A stretch of 29,596 nucleotides of DNA from Elusimicrobiota bacterium. Its GTDB lineage: Bacteria; Elusimicrobiota; Endomicrobiia; Endomicrobiales; JBDRNC01. The first letter of the stretch is position 1. Each line of letters starts with the position of its first letter. The notes under the pieces are model-generated. The model was not told the origin of the DNA. It was given only the letters and a program-made list of their open reading frames with translations, and made no database searches. Shown here one piece after another: positions 26,223 to 29,596 of the stretch. The stretch is from positions 1 to 29,596 of the forward strand of contig JBDRNC010000025.1 of the NCBI GenBank assembly GCA_043811535.1. Reading direction: 5' to 3'. A program made the translations under genes and the position numbers.

Positions 26223-27277
26223 GAATTCTGATTTCCGGTTATTACGGGTTTGACAATGCCGGAGATGAACTGATACTTGAATGCATGGTTGGCAATATCA
26301 GGCTTAACATTAACAATGCCGAGATCGCGGTGCTTAGCGCCAATCCAGAAAAAACAAGCTCTACATACAAAGTAGCGTCTGTCAACCGGTGGAACCCGTT
26401 CAGCATACTCAAATCCATAGCAAGGACTGATATCCTGATATCGGGGGGAGGAGGCCTTTTTCAGGACAAAACCACCTCGCTTAGCCTGTATTATTACATA
26501 GGCATCATAATACTGGCAAAACTCTTCCGGAAAAAGGTCTTTGTTTACGCCGTGGGAATAAGCAAGATGAAATTTTACAACACCCCGCTGCTCTACTGCG
26601 CTTTAAAACTCGTTGATTTTATTACCGTCAGAAACAAGGAATCGCTGGAGACTTTCGGCAGGCACGCCGCCAAACTTAAGAACGTCGAAATAACTACCGA
26701 CCCAGTTTTCAGCAGGACGCTTCCCGCCAGAAAAATAGCGGACAGCAATCCGACTGTCGCGATGATATTGCGCCCTTCGTTGAAAGGCGAACACCCGGTT
26801 GAATTATTCGCGAAACTGGCCGATTCCGTGAGCCAGCTCCTTTCGGCGAAAATACTTTTCGTACCGTTTCAACTGCCGTGCGATTATTCTTTTTCGCTTA
26901 AAGTCATGAACCTGATGCGGTCGGATTCAAGGATAGTGCTGTGGAAAGAGCCGAAACAGCTTATTGACATTTTCTCGGATGTAGATTTAGTCATAAGCCA
27001 GCGTCTTCACGGATTAATACTCGCTACGCTGCGCGGCATCCCGCTCATAGGAGTTTTTAACGATTCTAAATTAACCGGATTCATGAATGAAATAGGACAA
27101 AAGAACATGACTAATCTCTCGGATGACAATTTGTACTCTATGCTTGCCATCATAAACGACCTTTGGGAGTGGCGCGAAGAATTTCATAAGAACGCCATTG
27201 AGATGCTCCCTTCGTTCAAGAGAAGATCTGCGCGCAACATTGAATTGCTCAGGGAAATGTTGAAAAATGCCCCTTAG
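26219..27277 (+). CDS. csaB: Polysaccharide pyruvyl transferase CsaB
   Basis: ILISGYYGFDNAGDE, SGGGGLFQDKTTSLSLYYY, ITVR and RLHGLI motifs. Confidence 0.9.
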   Translation: MRILISGYYGFDNAGDELILECMVGNIRLNINNAEIAVLSANPEKTSSTYKVASVNRWNPFSILKSIARTDILISGGGGLFQDKTTSLSLYYYIGIIILAKLFRKKVFVYAVGISKMKFYNTPLLYCALKLVDFITVRNKESLETFGRHAAKLKNVEITTDPVFSRTLPARKIADSNPTVAMILRPSLKGEHPVELFAKLADSVSQLLSAKILFVPFQLPCDYSFSLKVMNLMRSDSRIVLWKEPKQLIDIFSDVDLVISQRLHGLILATLRGIPLIGVFNDSKLTGFMNEIGQKNMTNLSDDNLYSMLAIINDLWEWREEFHKNAIEMLPSFKRRSARNIELLREMLKNAP

Positions 27278-27384
27278 CCGGGATTCTTCGCCAAAAACCG
27301 GGTTCAGAATGAAATCATTGAAAAGCATTTAAATGATTTCAAGCGGAGCCGCTCTCCGAAAGAATCTGGCCCGCCGCGGCGGGC
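27278..27384. repeat. REP-like nested inverted repeats plus a perfect 16-bp GC palindrome
   Basis: Outer pair ccgggattcttcg / cgaaagaatctgg (imperfect); inner pair tgaaatcatt (27310-19) / aatgatttca (27332-41); GCCCGCCGCGGCGGGC at 27369-27384. Confidence 0.65.
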
Positions 27385-27396
27385 ATAACCGCGGGA

Positions 27397-27425
27397 TTGA
27401 ATAATAGCGGCTAATTTTCTATAAT
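27397..27425 (+). promoter_or_regulatory. Putative sigma70 promoter giving a near-leaderless ftsX transcript
   Basis: TTGAAT (27397-402), 17 bp spacer, TATAAT (27420-25); the ATG is only 9 bp downstream. Confidence 0.6.
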
Positions 27426-27434
27426 CACACGATA

Positions 27435-28163
27435 ATGGAAATGAAAATACCGAAGGTAAATTTCTACATAGCGACTTTCATGGGCGTTTTCATGATAGCG
27501 CTGGGCATAAACACGCTTTACCAGGCGAAACTGCAGTACATCAAGACGTCCTCAAAGATCAAACTCGCGGTTTTTCTTGACGCGAGCCCGGACGCGCCGC
27601 TTGATGTCATCCGCGAACGGCTTGTAAACCTGGATGGAATCGCCGGGCTTAATTATTTCGCGCCTGAAAAAGCCCTTGAAAAAGCGCTGAAAGAAACTCC
27701 CGATATCAAAGAAATCCTCATAGGGGCCGATAATCCGTTCCCTTCCTACTTCCTCGTAACGCCCAAGAACAAGTCGCCTGGCGCTATCGAGTACCTCAGG
27801 GAGAGCATAACGGCGATGGACGGGATCGATGAAGTTCGTTTCGACGCCAATCTCGTCAATATTTCCGCGAAAATAAACAATTTCATTGAGTTTTACGTTA
27901 AGGCGATAAAGCTCATGCTGCTGTTTTGCGTGCTTCTTATGCTGGCCAAAATAGGCTGGGCAATATACCGCGGCACGGCAGATTACAGGAGATATATGTT
28001 CCTGGGGCTTTCCGGAATCGTCACAGGCTTTGCGGCATCAGCCGTCTATTACGTGCTCGTGACTAAAATTCTGCACTCGCCTCTTGCCGCCATGCCGTTA
28101 AAATATGTCGCATTTTTAATACCGTGCGGGATCCTGCTGTCTTTTATCTGGGATAACAAATGA
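27435..28163 (+). CDS. ftsX: FtsX-like cell division permease (short, divergent)
   Basis: TM1 followed by an extracytoplasmic domain 'LAVFL...E.AL......NPFPSYFLV...GIDEVRF' and three more TMs; lies upstream of an envC-like gene. Confidence 0.7.
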   Translation: MEMKIPKVNFYIATFMGVFMIALGINTLYQAKLQYIKTSSKIKLAVFLDASPDAPLDVIRERLVNLDGIAGLNYFAPEKALEKALKETPDIKEILIGADNPFPSYFLVTPKNKSPGAIEYLRESITAMDGIDEVRFDANLVNISAKINNFIEFYVKAIKLMLLFCVLLMLAKIGWAIYRGTADYRRYMFLGLSGIVTGFAASAVYYVLVTKILHSPLAAMPLKYVAFLIPCGILLSFIWDNK

Positions 28164-28188
28164 AGCTCTGCGGCCTTTCGAGAAATAA

Positions 28189-29322
28189 ATGCGCTTAACT
28201 ATAATACTGGTCATTACGCTGGTTTTTCTGCCTGTTCTTATTTCGGCGAAATCATCAAAACAATTTGACAAGGAAATTAATTCCAAAACGCGGGACCTTA
28301 AAAACCTTCAGCAATCAATTAACGAAAAACAGGCGGAAAAGGAAAGATGCCTTCTTGAAGAGAAATTGATTAAAAGCGAGCTAAGAACGATAGAACAGGC
28401 GCTCAGCAGCCTGCAGAAAAAAAGCGAGACTATACGCAGGGGCATCCTGGAAGCCGAAAAGAAATTTGCGAACGCTGTAAAGGACCTGAACGCCGCGAAT
28501 TTTGAGAAACAGCAATGGCTCGCCGTGATGAACAAGGAATCCGCGCTCTGGTACAAGAAACACCGCAGTATTGACCAGATTTATTCCGATCCTATTGAGG
28601 AAAAACTCCGCCTGAGCGCGCTGCGCAAGAAGAAGGAGTACGTGACGGGCGCCGAACAGCGCGAGATCAATTCCCAGAAAGCGCTGGACAAGTGGACGGC
28701 TGCAAAGAGGAACCTGCTGGACCTCAAGGTAAAACAGGAACAGAATATATCGGAACAAGAGAAAACAAAATCCAAGAAAAAGGAACTGCTAAAAACCGCA
28801 ACCGGAAGAAGAATAGTCGCCGAAGACGAAGAGAAAATGCTTAAGGAATCCGCAAAAGCTCTTGGGAATCTTATCGTTAATCTTGAAAAGGAAAAAGAGC
28901 TTACGCTCCAGGATGAACTGCTCTCCAAACAGGCGGCGCAGAAACGCAGGGAATACCCCTGGCCCGTTGAAGGCAAGGTTGTCACCTACTTCGGGAAGAG
29001 CAAGCATCCCGAACTTGACACCTACGTGATAAGCAACGGGATAAAGATACACGCCGCCGCCGGAACCGACGTTAAACCCATCTCTAAAGGCGAGATAATG
29101 TTTACCGGCGAGTTCAGGTCATACGGGCAGATGATCATAATAGACCACGGCGGTTCATTGTATTCTATCTACGGACAGCTCGGCGAGATTACCGTAGAGG
29201 AAGGGCGCCGGGTAAAAGACACCGACGTCATAGGCAGGATTTCAAAAAATAAAGAGACATTGTTATATTTCGAGGTCAAGTATAAAGGAAAATCCGAAGA
29301 TCCGCTGAAGTGGCTTAAATGA
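28189..29322 (+). CDS. envC: EnvC-like murein hydrolase activator (coiled coil plus degenerate M23/LytM domain)
   Basis: Signal peptide, long coiled coil, WPVEG...NGIKI...IIIDHGG..SIYGQL...LYFEV...DPLKWL. The zinc-ligand residues are missing, as in EnvC. Confidence 0.8.
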   Translation: MRLTIILVITLVFLPVLISAKSSKQFDKEINSKTRDLKNLQQSINEKQAEKERCLLEEKLIKSELRTIEQALSSLQKKSETIRRGILEAEKKFANAVKDLNAANFEKQQWLAVMNKESALWYKKHRSIDQIYSDPIEEKLRLSALRKKKEYVTGAEQREINSQKALDKWTAAKRNLLDLKVKQEQNISEQEKTKSKKKELLKTATGRRIVAEDEEKMLKESAKALGNLIVNLEKEKELTLQDELLSKQAAQKRREYPWPVEGKVVTYFGKSKHPELDTYVISNGIKIHAAAGTDVKPISKGEIMFTGEFRSYGQMIIIDHGGSLYSIYGQLGEITVEEGRRVKDTDVIGRISKNKETLLYFEVKYKGKSEDPLKWLK

Positions 29323-29331
29323 AACTACTAC

Positions 29332-29469
29332 ATGGCTATATGGCTCTACGGCTAAATGGCTATGAAAAACTAATTGTTAAATTGTCATATGGCCAAACGG
29401 TTAAAGACGTCAGCAATTTAGCCATATAACCATATGACCATTTTAATCTGTTTGAAGCCATTTAGCAAT
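29332..29469. repeat. Family B palindromic element, copy B3
   Basis: Octamer blocks of 4 and 4, centre AGACG (29405-09), then blocks of 4 and 2. Confidence 0.9.
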
Positions 29470-29492
29470 TTTAGAATTCAAAAGGAGTTATC

Positions 29493-29596
29493 ATGAAACG
29501 TAAATTCACAATTTTTGTTTCAGGCGCAGTAATCGCGCTGACTTTGATTTATTCCACGTTCAGCCCGGTCAGGGCCGCTGTCGACAAGACCTATGA
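29493..29596 (+). CDS. 5' end of an exported protein, probably an S41 C-terminal processing protease (runs off the window)
   Basis: AAGGAG Shine-Dalgarno sequence; MKRKFTIFVSGAVIALTLIYSTFSPVRAAVDKTY signal/anchor sequence. The identity is inferred only from the common ftsX-envC-ctpA gene order. Confidence 0.5.
   Translation, partial: MKRKFTIFVSGAVIALTLIYSTFSPVRAAVDKTY

Noticed and set aside
28189..29322. Active M23 endopeptidase
   Set aside because: The HxxxD and HxH zinc ligands are replaced (NGIKI, YGQL), which fits a non-catalytic EnvC.
1..29596. tRNA or rRNA genes, transposases, integrases, reverse transcriptase, phage or defence genes
   Set aside because: None were recognisable; the intergenic space is accounted for by repeats and promoters.

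Overview
A bacterial chromosomal segment of about 50% GC with every real gene on the + strand. The gene content would fit an Elusimicrobiota-like or other uncultured lineage, but the sequence alone cannot establish that. It carries a tandem GT-C glycosyltransferase cluster (three DUF2723/TMEM260-like TPR proteins and one ArnT/PMT-like protein), a DUF4175-like coiled-coil protein, a TPR peptidase-MA protein, CpXC, an MBL hydrolase, a tRNA nucleotidyltransferase, site-2 protease-trpS-scpA-scpB, a TIM-barrel isomerase, galT-glgA(glgM)-glgE, DUF5693-csaB, and ftsX-envC followed by the start of a probable S41 protease. The most striking feature is non-coding: 15 of the 18 intergenic gaps longer than 30 bp contain short-repeat elements. 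Most are palindromic, and most have arms built from blocks of about four degenerate 7-mers or 8-mers. About ten different repeat words share this grammar. Two families occur as homologous copies in both orientations, one copy is split by a cargo gene, one is a chimera of two families, and one four-heptamer arm lies inside a CDS. No transposase or recombinase is present in the window, so mobility and mechanism are inferences.
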